Below, one piece after another: positions 37,598 through 52,311 of a stretch of 64,000 nucleotides of DNA. Source of the DNA: Malacoraja senta (Eukaryota). The notes beneath the pieces were generated by a model that saw nothing but the letters and a program-made list of their open reading frames with translations, did no database searches and had not been told where the DNA came from. The DNA lies in the NCBI GenBank assembly GCA_038087875.1, contig CM075989.1:12030001-12094000 (forward strand). Reading direction: 5' to 3'. Numbering within the stretch: the stretch's first letter is position 1; the number at the start of each line of letters is the position of its first letter. A program made the position numbers and the translations under genes.

Positions 37598-39597
37598 CAA
37601 GTTCAAGTTCAAGTGAGTTTATTGTCATGTGTCATTTTGTCATGTGATAGGACAATGAAATTCTTGCTTTGCTTCAGCACAACAGAACACAGAAGGCATT
37701 GACTACAAAACAGATCAGTGTATCATTATATAAATATATGCACACATGAATAATAAACTGATAAAGTGCAAATAACAGATAATGGGCTATTAATGTTCAT
37801 AGTTTTGTCCGAGCCAAGTTTAATAGCCTGATGGCTGTGGGGAAGTAGATATTCCTGAACCTGGTCGTTGCAGTCTTCAGGCTCCTTCTGCAGGTAGCAG
37901 GGAGATGAGTGTGTGGCCAGGATGGTGTGTGCCTTGATGATACTGCCAGCCTTTTTGAGGCAGCGACTGCGATAGATCCCCTCGATGGAAGGGAGGTCAG
38001 AGCCGATGATAGACTGGGCAGTGTTTACTACTCTTTGGAGTCTTTTCCTCTCCAGGGCGCTCAAGATGCCGAACCAAGCCACGATGCAACCGGTCAGCAT
38101 GCTCTCTACTGTGCACCTGTAGAGGTTTTAGAGAGCCCTCCTTGACAAACCGACTCTCCGTAATCTTCTCAGGAAGTAGAGGCACTGATGTGCTTACTTA
38201 ATAGTAGCATCAGTGTTCTCGGACCAGGAAAGATCTTCAGAGATGTGCACGCCCAGGAATTTAAAGCTCTTGACCCTTTCATCCATCGACCCATTGATAT
38301 AGACGGGACTGTGGGTCCCCATCCTACTCCTTCCAAAGTCCACAATCAGTTCCTTGGTTTTGCTGGTGTTGAGGGCCAGGTTATTGTGCTGGCACCATAT
38401 GGACAGTTGCTCGATCTCTCTTCTGTACTCTGACTCATCCCCATCAGTGATACGTCCCACAACAGTGGTGTCATAAGCGAACTTGATGATCGAGTTCGCA
38501 CCATGACCGGCTACGCAGTCATGAGTATAGAGTGAGTACACCAGGGGGCTGAGCACGCAGCCTTGAGGTGCTCCCGTGCTGATTGTTATCGAGTCTGACA
38601 CATTTCCACCAATACGAACAGACTGTGGTCTGAGAATGAGGAAGTCGAGGATCCAATTGCAGAGGGATGCGCAGATACACAGTTCTGCGAGTTTGGTAAC
38701 CAGCTTGGAGGGGATGATTGTATTAAATGCCGAGCTGTAATCGCTGAAAAACAGCCTGACATATGAGTTTTTGTTGTCCAAGTGGTCCAGAGTGGAGTGG
38801 AGGGCCAGCGAGATCGCATCCACCGTTGATCTGTTGTGGCAGTAAGCAAACTGCAGTGGGTCCAGGTTTTTGTCGAGGTAGGGGTTGATTTGCACCATGA
38901 TCAACCTCTCAAAGCACTTCATCACCACAGGTGTTAGTGCCACAGGTCGATAGTCATTGAGGCACGTCATCTTGCTCTTCTTGGGCACTGGTATGATTGA
39001 TGCCCTTTTGAAGCAGGTGGTAACCTCAGATCTCAGAAGTGAGAGGTTGAAAATGTCCATAAAAACTCCAGCCAGTTGGTCCGCACCGGTTTTTAGAACA
39101 TGACCAGGTATACCATCAGGTCCAGGCGCTTTTCGAGGGTTCACCCCTCTGAAGGATTTCCTGACGTCGGCCTCTGTGACTGAGACTGAAATACCATCAC
39201 AGCGAATGGGAGCTCGGGAAGGCACATTGGTGTTCTCCCTATCAAAGCGTGCGTAAAACGCATTGAGCTCATCAGGGAGTGGTGTTTCGCCGACATTCGA
39301 GCTGCCTCCTGATTTCGCCTTGTAGGAGGTGATTGTATTCAGGCCCCGCCACAGCTGCCGAACATCTGTCTCATCCTCCAGTTTGGAGCAGAAGTCCCTT
39401 TTGGTCTTTTTGATGGCCTTACCAAGGTCGTATCTGGACTTCTTGTAGACCACTGTATCATCAGACATGAATGTCCGGTGTCTGGTCTTCAGAAGAGTGC
39501 GGATCTCAAAGTTCATCCAAGGTTTCTGATTGGGAAACACTCGGAAGGTTTTTGTAGGGATGCAGTCCTCCACACATTTCTTAATGAAGTCTGTAAC
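37598..39597 (-). mobile_element. Rex1/Babar-clade LINE, 5'-truncated
   Basis: A 459 aa RT ORF, a frameshifted C-terminus (MLTGCIVAWFG), a 3' UTR and a (CTTGAA)n tail at about 37600-37615. Confidence 0.95.
38194..39573 (-). pseudogene. Rex1 reverse transcriptase ORF, catalytic motif mutated
   Basis: KAPGPDGIP, NDYRPVALT, DPLQFAY, FSDYSSAFNTI and GAPQGCVLSPL. KFAYDTT replaces KFADDTT. Frameshift near 38195. Confidence 0.9.
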
Positions 39598-40339
39598 GGC
39601 CCAGTTTATGATTGGCTAAATCAGGGATGAATGCAAAAGTCTCTCCCTTTTATTTTCAATTTTTGATTCAACTCCCTTTTGAAGAGTTAATTTTGTAGCT
39701 TGCTTTCACTGCCTAGATTACAACAAGCTCATGGGTATAATATTTCCTCTATCTCGGTATGTTCTGCTAGATCCTTTTAGTTATTCTCTATGGGCTTCCT
39801 GCTCTCCTGCCTCTAGAAGCAGAGTTGCATTGACTCTTTCATAAAAAACCCTCAAATATTTGAACACCTTTACCAATGCCCCCCTCTTAACTTCACTATA
39901 GTGAGAAGAATTGCAGTGTCTCCTCTCCTTAGGAAACTGCAACAACCCTCGATCATTGTGGTCAGTCTGCCTTGATACCGCATCCTTGCTGATGGCAGAG
40001 AATCCCACTTTCTGCAAGAAAAGGTGACTGAGAAAAGCGGAGGTGTATATCAAGAGCAGGAGGAGTTGGTTTGCTTACAAAGGCTGCAGAGGGAGCAGGA
40101 TTGAAATGCTGAGCATGTCCGATAAGCTTGGCAACTGTACAAATGGAAGAGACTTCTCAGGCTGAAGTGTAGCTGACATGGGCATCGTACATCCAAGCCA
40201 GCAACTCAACATTTTTCAAATGATGACAATAGTAAAACAAATCTGCATTTTTGTAATTTTCTATTTTGATTCCTGAACCCTTGTTTATTATCCAGACAGA
40301 GCCATCATCTTCTTACAAATCACACCCATTGATTACTTG

Positions 40340-40457
40340 AGTAAGAAAGAACCACAGATGCTGGTGTAAACCGATCAAGACCTGAAACATCACCCATTCC
40401 TTCTCTCCAGAGATTGTGTCTGTCCCGCTGAGTTACTCCAGCTTTTTGTGTCTATCT
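40340..40457. mobile_element. Mini Penelope pLTR insertion with inverted tail and 15 bp TSD
   Basis: TSD CCCATTGATT(A/G)CTTG at 40325-40339 and 40458-40472. Confidence 0.8.
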
Positions 40458-41029
40458 CCCATTGATTGCTTGTCAGGCTGCAGAACCTATGGCCTCATTT
40501 AGCCGGGAGTCATTTAGCAAAGTTTCTTGATCAATTAATGTTTGAAACAAACTGACCTGCGCCTGTCACTGTTAATCCTTTGATTTGGCCATAGTCTGGT
40601 TTAACCCTGTGTTACTGAACAAGGAAAGTGAGGCAAGGACAGAGACACTGTTTATCGAGCTACTTCTAGTCCATCCCTATACTCAGCTCTATCACTGTTC
40701 CACTTTCACCCTCATCTAATCCACCTTTATCTCATTCCCATACAAATCTCACTCCCACTCCCGCAACTTCCTGGCCCCATCTCCCAGCACCACCGCCCCT
40801 CCCAAACCCCACACGAGAATCATCATATCCCTCTCCAACAACCTCCTCCACATACCACCCCACATGCCTCACCCATTCCCATCCCACCCTAAACCCTTCA
40901 AAATCATATCCAGGCTCACTCCTACCCCCTCAATGTCCTTCCTACAATCTATGCCAGAATCAACCCCCCTCACCCTCCTCCCTACCCTCGGGTCTTCCCA
41001 CCCCCAGCCTCAACATGCATCCCCACACC

Positions 41030-41525
41030 TGAACGGGATCTTGATCAGCTGAATAAATGAGTCGAGGAATTGCAGATAGAGTTTAACACAGATAAATACA
41101 AGGTGTCTCTGGGAAGTCAAAACAGGATAGGACTTTCATAGTGAAAAGTAGGAGATGTTGGGCAAGTTAGGACTTTATTCCTTGGAAGTAGAAAAATAGG
41201 AGTAATAGATAGGGTGAATGCACACAGTCTTTTCCCAAGGATTTGGGAATCAAGAACTAGAGGGCAGAGGTTTAAGGTGAGAGAGGAAAGATTTAATCGG
41301 AACTTAGGGGGGAAACTTTTTCACACAGAGGTTGAACATGTGTGGAACAAGTTGCCAGAGGAAGTGATTGAGGCAAGTATATTAACAACATTTTAAAGAC
41401 ATTTGGACAGATACATAGATAGAAAAGGTTGATATGGGTCAACCACCAGCAAATGGGAATAATTTAGATGGGCACTTGTTGGGATGGACTGAAATTGGGC
41501 TGAAAACCCCATGTATGACTCTATA
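41030..41525 (+). mobile_element. CR1 3' fragment with internal deletions
   Basis: SRTRGQRFKVREERFNRNL...VWNKLPEEV. Tail TATGACTCTA. Confidence 0.8.
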
Positions 41526-43287
41526 ACTCACAACATCGTTCTTGCCTCAAGAGAAACAATAATCATTGCTCTTCCACATTTTGAGGTCTCCCAGTTAAAA
41601 CACTAACTTCATCCCTTTTTGCACGTGCTGATCAATACGATTCCTATTTCAGATTTTTGGAATTGTGTACATTTTAATAATTTTTAAATCTCACCCACTG
41701 AAGAGCTTGGCCAAGGGTACAATGCATGGCATTTCAGCTGCCCTCTGTTAAAGAGTACTAACAATTGCAAATTTCACACCATTGTGTTTAACAATGAAAG
41801 GGGAATATTATTCTGAATTGCAGATAGATTTTCTCTGATCTTACAAAAGATCTATTTAAAATCAATTGTGCCTGAATGGATATTATTAATGTTGCAGACA
41901 ATGGAGTTTCTGAATGCAGCCACTGATTTTAATCATTTTCATTGGAAGCGTTTCCAAATCTGGAATATTGTGAGATTATAGTGTCACTTGTAAGATCAGA
42001 ATTTATTACCACTTCCTACATGTTGATCTGCCATCTTGAACAGCTGCAGTCCTTCTGCTCTCAGGCTGCTGTTAATGAGAGGAGTTATGAGAATTTGGAC
42101 ACCGCAATGGTGAAAGACCAACAATATATTTCTGAGTAGGGATGCTGGAACAGAACTTGCTGGACTTCTACTCCCTATGTGTTAAGGTTTGCGAAGCATC
42201 TGTCAAAAGAGTCCAGTACAATACTGAGACAGTGCCACCATCCCTGAGGGGTCATGTTTTGAGTGAGATATTAAATTAACCTCCCAATTCTGAGTAAATT
42301 AGCTGCTATTTTCCCCTCGTACAACAGTTTCTGCATTTCACTGATGGCAAATTGCTGTGGATAATGATGACAACATAATGGGTTCTATTGAAATGCAAGC
42401 TTGTCTTTATGTCTCAGTAATCAATGCAATAGTTGATGAAAAAGTTCCTGATTCAATTAAAAAAAAAAATTCCAACTGCTTTATTTCTCTGACAATTGTT
42501 TCTATAACTGATTATACATGTGTGATGCTTCACACAGGAGTCAGTCACCCCATCTGTGCAAAGCCTTGTCAAACTCACCAGCCAGCACCTTTGTTTTCAC
42601 GTTGCTCATTCGGATATAAACGTCATGACAAATAACATAGACTAAATCAAGAGCCGTGCTTTTGATGACCGTAATAAATGGTTGACTTGAGCTGAGACTT
42701 GCAAAAACACATTCTGCCTCCTGATGACAGTCTATTATGTGTGAATTTCTAAGTCAGAGAGTCACTATGGAGACATCTCGAAGCACAGACTCCAGAAGCA
42801 AGGGAAATAAACCAGCCTTTAATTAGCTTCTCCACCTCTCATTTAGTATCATCACTTGATTTTTCTGCTTGAAATCAGAGCAAGTAAATATATCTACATT
42901 TATTTTTCTTCTGTAGTATATATTACATATATTTTCTTTTGTTGTGTGAAACGAGGCTTACACAAACAGCTTTGGGGGATGCAAATGATTAAATTTTCAA
43001 CAACATGGCTTTTCAATATGCAAGCAGCAGAGTTCAAATGAAAATCTAATAGATCAAAGTGAGTGAAGCTGAGCTGTGTCCCTTTGTATTAAACTGTGTG
43101 TATTTGTGCACTCTAGACATTCCATCACAGTCAGCAGCTACACACAGGTACAGTTTACAAACAAACCAAACCCAGAGCCAATTGTAGTGCATTGTGATGG
43201 ACCACGTCATGAGTTCTCTCCCTCCTGTGTGGTCACTCAGCGTTACTTCCAACTCATTCCCATTTTGTAAACCCATCAAACTCTTTA

Positions 43288-43630
43288 GATCATATGACAT
43301 AGGAGCATTCGGCCCATCGAGTCTTATCTGCCGTTCGATCATGGCAGATATGTTTTTTTCTCTCAACCCTATTCTCCTGCCTTCTCCCCGTAACCTTTGC
43401 CACCATCTGTGGCAATGAATTCCACAGATTCACCATGTTCTGGCTAAAGAAATTCCTCCTCGCCTCCATTCTAAAGGTACTCCTTTTATCCTGTGCCTGC
43501 TGGTCCTGGATTTTCCCACTGTTGGAAACATCCTCTCCACATCTACTCTATCTAAGCCTTTCATTATTCAGTAGGATTCAATGAGATCCCCCTTCATTGT
43601 TCTAAACTCCAATGAGTACAGGCCCAGAGC
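43288..43630 (-). mobile_element. CR1 3' fragment
   Basis: Reverse complement resembles 2420-2850. Confidence 0.75.
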
Positions 43631-44187
43631 CACTCTGGAAATAGAATGACACCTTGAAGACTCACTCTTCAATGACTCATTCCACTCCCAATTGTTCTTA
43701 ATGAATAGAATTCATAATTCTTAGAGTTCACCCAAATGGTTAATTTTTTATACATTTTCCTTACAGAATTGCTCAGAGCTTGTCGTCTACATTCACTTGA
43801 TGCTTAATTATAATCCAGGAGCAAACCATTTTTAGAAGCTTTCGTCATTTAATATAGAGTATAGGAAATGCAAAAAATAGTTCTGAATGTTGTCAGGATT
43901 GGATGATATGTGAGCATCTGTTGTGATGTGTTGGTATTAGTACTATTGGTTTATTATTGTCTTGTGTACGGAGATACAGTGAAAAACGCTCACGCCGTTC
44001 AGTCAAATCTATACAGGAGTACAATCAAGTATAATAGCTAGTGCAAAAAGATAAATGCCAGAATGCAGAATATAGTGTTATAGTATTAGAATGTTACAGT
44101 TACAGAGAAAGTGCAGATTAAAGAAAGTGTAAGGGCTGCGATGAGGTAGGTTGTGAGAATGGAACTACACTGAATGTTATTGCATCT

Positions 44188-45120
44188 GAGATTAGCAAAT
44201 TTGCTGATGATACAAAAGTGGGTGGTTTTGCAGATAGTGAAGCTGGTTGTGAAAAATTGCAGCAGGATCTTGATTGATTGGCCAGGTGGGCTGAGGAATG
44301 GTTGATGGAATTTAATACAGAGAAATGTAAAGTGTTGCATTTTGGGAAGTCTAACATGTGCAGGATCTACACAGTGAATGGTAGGGCTCTGGGGAGTGTT
44401 GTAGAGCAGAGGGATCTAGGAATGCAGATACATGGTTTCTTGAAGGTCGAGGCTCAGGTAGATAAAGTGGTCAAAAAGGCTTTTGGCACATTGGCCTTCA
44501 TCAGTCAGAGTATTAAGTATAGAAGTTGGGAGGTCATGTTGCAGTTGAATACAACGTTAGTGAGACTGCATTTAGAGTATTGTGTTCAGTTCTGGGCACC
44601 ATGTTATATAAAAGATGTTGTCAAACTAAAAAGGGTAGAGAAGATTTATGAGGATGTTGCCAGGACTAGAGGGTCTGAGCTGTAGGGAGAGGTTAAGGAG
44701 GCTGGGACTATTCCCTGGAGTGAAGGAGGATGAGGGGGTAATCTTATAGAGGTGTATAAAATCAAGAGAGGAATAGATTGGGTAGATGCACAGACTCTCT
44801 TGCCCAGAGTAGGTGAATTGAGGGCCATAGAACATAGGTTTAAGGTGAAGGGGAAAAGATGTAATTAGAATCTGAGGAGTAACATTTTCTCACAAAGGGT
44901 GGTGGGTGTATGGAACAAGCTGCCAGAGGAGATAGTTGAGGCTGGGTCTATCCCAACATTTAAGAAGCAATTAGACAGGTACATGGAAAGGACAAGTTCG
45001 GAAGGATATAGACCAAATGCAGGCAGGTGGGACTAGTGTAGCTGGGACATGATTGCCGGTGTGGGCAAGTTGGGCCGAAGGGCCTGTTTCCACACTATAT
45101 CACTCTATGACTCTACGACT
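44188..45120 (+). mobile_element. CR1 RT C-terminal fragment plus 3' UTR
   Basis: SKFADDTKVGG, WLMEFNTEKCKVLHFG and LVRLHLEYCVQFWAP. (CTATGACT)n tail. Confidence 0.9.
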
Positions 45121-47069
45121 GAATGGTGGTGTATAGAACAGTGAATATATGGGGATAACAATGAGCTGTGGTGGTACTGGGCTTCAGATGGTGCAAACTT
45201 CAGAATAATCGAGTGCGGTTACAAGATTGTAATCTAATGGTTCGTGTCTTTTGTATGCATGTCATATATATATGAAATCACAATTTAATTGTATTATGTA
45301 GCCCCTTGATATGGTTACGGCTGATGTACAAATGTACTTCATTCCTGAACAAGATGCCTAATTTAACAACAGCCTGACAATCTGAATTATCTCCAAAATC
45401 TGGAACTAAAAGTAAACATGATCATAAAGCTGTTGTATTGCTGATGTATTTAGGGTATACACCTGTGGTCTTACTGTGTGGGCTTATATACCACTTCAAT
45501 CCCCAAACTAATATTGTTTACTTTTATCTCTCCACTGATCTAACAAGTCACTCAATTATCTACTCAACGAATTGTATAGTTGTACAGCACAGAAATGCAC
45601 CCTTTGGCACACCATGTCTAGGCCAACTTTGCTGCCCATCCACACTTGTGCACATTAGAACCATATTTTTCTATGCCCTACCTATTTATCTGTCTAAATT
45701 ACTCTTAAACATCGTCATTGGATCTGATTCCACCATTTCCCCTGACTGCGCGATCCTGATATCACCCACTCCCTTTGTAAAAATCTAACTCCTCAGAACC
45801 CCTGTAAAACTTCTTCATCTCACCTTTAACCTGTGATCTATTCCTTTTGATACATGTTTATTTTCAAGCATGTCTTTTCATGAACTTTAATTACTGTGAC
45901 AGGCCACCTCTCTACAATCCATCTGCAGAAAATCTCTATACTGCCAATTAATAAATGTGCCAAATGGTAGGACACATTTCTTAGACAGCCTTTGTAAGAA
46001 GATATGTCATGTGATCCTCAACTCAGCATGAGGCACATTTCAAACAAAAACTGAAACTAAAATTGAAAGTGATCTCACTGCACCAGACAATGTGCCATTT
46101 CACCTCCAACGTGTGCCAGTCTACAAACAATTCCTTCCACTAATGTTTAAGTAAGAGGGCAAGTTCAAGGGGTGAAGAGCTATAACAAGAGTTAAGAATC
46201 CTCAGAACCTTCTGATTAGTTTAGGCTACGTGCCGTTTGCTTTCCGCAAGCACCATCTCATGCTAAATATTCCCTAATTACAAGCTTCTTGCGATGCACA
46301 TTAATTGGCCATCAATTATGCAGATCACAGTGAATAGAATTTGTGCGATCCTCCGACAGCAGCCAACCACTCAAACCAGAAAGGGGCAGTTTAAACTATT
46401 GCAGCTTATTCCTATAGACAATAGATCCTCACTAGAGATTTTAACATTTTCAGATTTTATTTAAACCTAGATGCACATTCCTTATCTTATGTTTATATCT
46501 CTTTCTATACCAGGTGTGCTCTAATTCACAACTTTCTTTCCCCCTCCACCGTTTGCCTCCATCTTGGTCCAAACCCTGACTAGTTATTAAGGAGGTGATT
46601 GTTGGACCTGTCATACTCTGATGTTTCAGCTGCCCCATTGCTTCCCCTAACCAACCCATACTCTCTCCCCTACCGCACTCACTATCCCCCTCACGTTCCA
46701 TTAGTTTTGGGGCACAAACATTTGGGTTAATTTGATAGTGACACTAGGTGAAGTAGAATCAGCCCACTACATTCAAAAGAAATTAACTGTAGATATTTAT
46801 GGACTGAACTGCATTCCCAATCATTATAGCTGATTCCCATTCAACTAACAAGAAGGTTCCTGGGATACGAAGGACACAGAGAGATGGACCAGTAGGCAAA
46901 GCTTTTCACCAGCAAGTGCTCTCAGGATTTTCTTTCATAAAATATAGTCAGGTTCATTGCAGCATTTTCTTTTTTTTTCTAAACTGTAATTATTTAGGAC
47001 AAAATATGGGTAGAATTTAAAATGGTGTTATTACAATTTCGTGACAAAGACCTATAAGGACATGGAGAT

Positions 47070-47770
47070 ATTAAAGGAGATACAAACATGATTTATTGTC
47101 TCAACACCTGAACTGAGAATGTATATGCGATAAGTGGCAAGTAATATCATGCCAGCCATTGACCATGTTTGAGAGAGTTTAACCGGCTACCCATAACATT
47201 CATTACTGAATTTCCCACTATCTGTAACCTGGAATCCCCTGATCAGAAACTCAACTGTAATAGCCACATATATATTATAGCTACAGGGCTGGGTATTCTA
47301 CAGCAAGTGGTTCCCTTCCTGACACCCCAAAGCTTTACTACCATTATTAAGTTAGGAGGTGTGATGGAATGCTACCTACTTGCCCGATGAGTGCAATATG
47401 ACCAATTCTCGAGAAGCTCAAAGGACCCACTTGATTGACACTCCATCCACAAGCCTAAATATTCATTCTTTTTACCACTGGTATGCTGTGGCTGCCATGA
47501 GCACCATCTACAAAATGCAGGCCAATACTCAGTCAAGCCCCTCTGACAGCATCTCTGAAACACACAACCTCTACCATCAAGAAAGACAAGGGCAGCGAGC
47601 ATATGGGAACACTCCACCTTCAGGCAACCTCCAAGTCGCACCATTCTGACTTGGAAATATATCACCAATCTTTCATCATCTCACATCATCACCTTCTGGA
47701 TCTCGATCCCCCACAGCATTGTGAGACTTGAAGAACTGCAGCTGATCAAGAGGGTGGTTCACCACCACCA
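47070..47770 (+). mobile_element. Old LINE 3' fragment (CR1/L2-group; clade uncertain)
   Basis: Residual NIHSFYHWYAVAAMSTIYKM resembles post-RT LINE C-termini. Possibly the same family as 62235-63760. Confidence 0.5.
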
Positions 47771-50029
47771 CAATTATGGACAGGGAATAAATAAATAATA
47801 TAATAAATTACTTTCCGTAGTGTCAGGAAGTGCTGTCTTGCCAGCAGACCTAAATCCCCAAAATAGACTAGAATATTTTCCTTAGAAACAAGCAGAAAGT
47901 TAACGAGGTCAAGGCTTTCAAGTTTGTGAAGTAGTTTCATCAGAAGGATGTATTTAAAATATCCTCTTTGTGGAGACCAAACTAATGGGCTTTAGTATAA
48001 GGGAGTCATTAAAAAATTCAGAGGGGAATTCAGGAAAAACACTGTAAACACTGTAAACACTGTGAGAATGTGGGACTGTGAAAATACATTTCACAGGGAA
48101 CTGGATAAATAGGAGGTGGATATGGTGATAAGAATGGTGGGAGGAGGCTGGTGTGAAGCAGCAACACCAGCATAGAGCAGAAGGAGTGAATGGCCTGTCT
48201 TGGTTCTGCAGGCTCAATGTAACAAATGCTTTATTAAATTTGACAGAGTTCTTGCAGCGATGCTTTGAACTAGTTAGTCTCAGGTGCAACATCACAGTCA
48301 ATATTGCTTCCAACACCCCAGGGCTTATGGCTTACAGTTGCAGTTCTCAGCAGAAACCAATATTCTGTGTAATACAATAAAAGGGGAATATGGGAAAATC
48401 TGTTACAATACACATGTGAGATGTTTAAAAAGAGAACCGGGGCAAAATCAATATTTCTGTGTGAATCATCTCCCCAAGTAATATTGCTGTGGAGGGAATT
48501 AATGAAAAGTCTACTCCTGACTCAGACTCGAACATAGTGGGGTTCAGGGTGGGGGTGAGAGGTTTCACCAGGGCATGGCAGTGGGGACGGGGTTAACTGC
48601 AGGAACTTACAGGAACCAGTGCAGAACCTGTGAGATTTTGATTCCCATCATATGTAGATTGAGAACCAATCTATCAATAGGCAGGTGATTGATTTGAAAC
48701 CCGTAGATCAGAGTTTTTACGTTTAAAGCCAAACGTAGGCCATGTGGGACCAATTGGGGTTTCCAGTAATTATACTCCCAGACTAATCTGAATATCAGAC
48801 AAAGAGTCCTGCTGCCTAAAGTTTCCCATCAAACGCCTCATGCAACAAAGAGTTATGCAATGTCATTTAGACTTCATCCTCTCTCTGCCTACCTGACATT
48901 AGCACTTCCTCACTCCCCCACCATGGGTGGTGTGGGACCTAAGACACCCACGTGCACAGGTTCAGCACCAATCATTCTGATGTGTCCCCATGCCTCTCTG
49001 CTCCTAAATCCACCCTTTTGTGCCAAAATAGTTATTTTAATGTAAAAGCTCGGCTAAGGCAATGTAAGTTACACTATACTAGATTATAGCACAAAGCACT
49101 TCTCTACAGAAGACCATCTTAATAAGGCTTCCTACAACAAATCCAATTCCTAAAAACAGATTAAATAGTGTCATGTCGTTATTTTGTGAAGCCATTCTGT
49201 GGCCCTATTAACACCCATGTGCCCTATACTATACTGATCTCACAGTCAAATATGCACTTTGGTTGCATTACAAAGGTGCAAATCTACCTCGATTTATTTT
49301 ATTTTTTCAAATATTAGTTTTGCTACAATATAGATACTGTATGCTAGTGGCTACAAAGACACTGCTTATTCATCCTTAATAAACAATGGAATTCATATTA
49401 CATCTGATGAACTTTCATTGATATGAGGTCCATGTAAAATAGCAAATTTGACCTGATACTTTGACTTAAATTGATTTAAGCCAACTTCATCATTTTGATT
49501 TGCTTTAAACACGTAAATATAACAAATTGATGATGGCAATAGGAGCCACAATTTATAATTATGTCGCATGTAGTGGGTCAATATTTCTATTTGCCACATT
49601 GCTCCATTGAAGAGTTTCCCAATAGCATTCAAACTTACCAAGATATTGTCTGACAATTATCTGAATTATTTAAGGTAAAAATCATTATTCCAAACACTAT
49701 TGCAAGTAAAGCCAGACATGTACCAACTGCCTTGATGCTGACCTTATTAAATATCAAGCAGAGTAGGTGTTAATGAACATCTCAAGAAAATGAATGCATG
49801 GCAGATCCTGACATTTTACCAATGCTTAATATCTCAAACCAAATGCTTTTCTTCTGACCTAGAATTCATTAATGGTCATTTAAGATGATCAGTGTATTCA
49901 ATGTGAGCTGAGTAAACCATGGTCTATTCCAGAATATCTTCATCCTCAACTATAACACACACTCGTTGTAATCCAGTTTACCTTCACAACAGAGAACCTG
50001 TAATTAAACAATGCTTCTTGCTACCTCAT

Positions 50030-50260
50030 AAGACTTCACAAGCCAGGAAGTACTTTCAGAGTTTATTCGCCAACGTAATGTGGGAAATATGACAGCCAAT
50101 TTGTTCACAACAAATTCTCACAAACAAGGATGTTACAATCAACAAATTACCTGTTTTTAGTATTATTAGTTGAAGAATGTACATTGATGAGAAAAACTCA
50201 TCTTCATTTTTCCGTAGAACCTTTTACATCCACCTGAAGGAACAGAGAGATTTTATATTT
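50030..50260 (-). mobile_element. Deu-domain SINE, degenerate
   Basis: CAGCCAATTTGTTCACAACAAATTCTCACAAACA...CTTTTACATCCACCTGA is the reverse of the Deu-SINE pattern. Confidence 0.55.
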
Positions 50261-50299
50261 AATTTTTTGTCCATTAAATGTTATGCACATTTAGGACTC

Positions 50300-51697
50300 C
50301 CCAGGATTTATCCCCTGACTGGAGAACAGTAAATGTCTTCCCCCAACTCACGGAAGACAGCAAGGAAAAGCTCACCATTTATAGAGATGCAAGCTTAATA
50401 TCAGTTGGAGGGAAGATTCTGGAAAAAATTCTGAAAGAGAAGATTAATGAATGTTTAAAAAGACAGGGACTAATCAGAGACTGCCCATATGGCTTTGTCA
50501 AGGGCAAATTCTGCGCGACCAATTTAATTAAATCTTTGAAAAGTTTTTTAAAAATGTATCATTTGAAGGCAGGGCAGCAGATATGGTTTACGTGCATTTT
50601 AGAAACGTCTTTGACAAGATCCCAGATGGAAAACTAGTTCAAAAGATTAGGGGCCATAATAAACCAGGGTAATTTGACAAAATGGATCCAAAATTGGATT
50701 GGCAATAGTATACGGAGAGGTGTGGTTGAGTTTGTTTTTTTGCAACAGGATACCTATAACTGGTGGTGTCCTAGAAGGATCTTTGATGTCAATAATATAG
50801 GTGAATGACTTTGACGTGGATATGGGGGGCATGATCACTGTTTGTAAATGACACAGATATTGGTAGAGTTGTTGACAGTGTGGAGAGTAGGCGTCAGAGA
50901 GAGATCGCTGGGTGAAATGGGCTAAAAAATGGCAGACGGAGTTAAATCCGAACAAACGTGTGATGATGTATTTTGTATATGGCTAGAACATATACCATGA
51001 ATGATAGGGTCTTTGTTAATATTGAGGAATAGAAGGACCTTAGAGTACATCCATAGTGGTGGCATGGTTAGGAAGACACTTGGTTTACTGGCCTTCATTA
51101 GTCAGGGCACTGAATACAGAAAAAGGAAGGTTATGCTCTAAATTTATGAAACCTTTGTCAGACTTCAACTGCAGCATTGCTTGCAGTTGATTATCAAATA
51201 TAGGAAGGATGTGATAGAACTGGAGGGGATACAGAGGAAATTCACCAGGATGTTGTCTGGAACAGAGCCTGTCAGTTCTGAGAAGAGACTGGAGAGTCGA
51301 AGTCTGTTTTCCCAGGAGTAGAGGCATTAAGAGGGAATATGATGGGTTATATAAAATTATGAGATGTATAGATAGTTTAGTTTAGCTTAATTATAGCATA
51401 GACTGCTGAATTATTTTCCCCGTCACAGAGTTAGATAAAAAATAGATGAATTAGGATTAGGGGGATTTGAAGGGGACCTTTTTCACTCAGAGTATGATGC
51501 GTACCAGGAATATTGCCGGAGAGAGTGGTGGAAGTTGGGTTGTTGACAGCATTAAAATGTCCAGATGAGCCCTTGAATAGCTTGGGCACAGAGGGCTATG
51601 GACCAAGGGCTGGGCAATGAGATAAATATGAAAGAATGTCCCTGGTCAGCCTGGACAGGTTGATCTGTATGGCCTGTTTCCATGCTATTCTATGACA
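50300..51697 (+). mobile_element. Degenerate CR1 RT fragment plus 3' UTR
   Basis: DWRTVNVFP...YRDASLISVGGKILEKILK...YGFVKGKFCATNL. Confidence 0.8.
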
Positions 51698-52311
51698 CAA
51701 TTGGCTAATTTCACAGCTTTGCTGTATTTCCCAACATTTAATAAGCCTTGGCACTGTCTGTGGGGAGCTTCCAAGGGCAGGCCAGACCTGGTCATTGACT
51801 GGGTGCTCAATGTGTTCTCTGGTCAGCCAGTGCTTTCTATTTAAGTCAAGTGTCCACATCACATTTACTGTAGGTCAGATGAAACTAAAGGTTCCATGGG
51901 AACCTTTCATTACCACCCAAGAAAAGTGGCAGCAAAAATCAAGGAAGAACAGGCTGGCAAGATTGGATAAGGTGGCGTTCCTTCCTTAGAACCACTTGCA
52001 GTTTTGCATTTGTTTGAACTTTTGAACGTTTCATTCAGAGTTTTACCACAGCTATCTGAAGTTAATGACTGGTCACCCACAAGCCTAGACACAGCAGGAC
52101 TTCCTGACACTGAGTAGCTGATTAAAAACTGCTTTCATCCTTTAATATAAATGATGATGGAGAAATGAGACTGGATTCCTCTTTGCCTTCTTTCCTATTT
52201 CTTTCAGCTGAGATGTTGATTTATCTGCCCTCCAGATGAGGATGTGAATATTTTGAAGAATAGGGATTTTCTCCTCAATGCCATTGAACCAATATTCATT
52301 CCTTAGCATAA

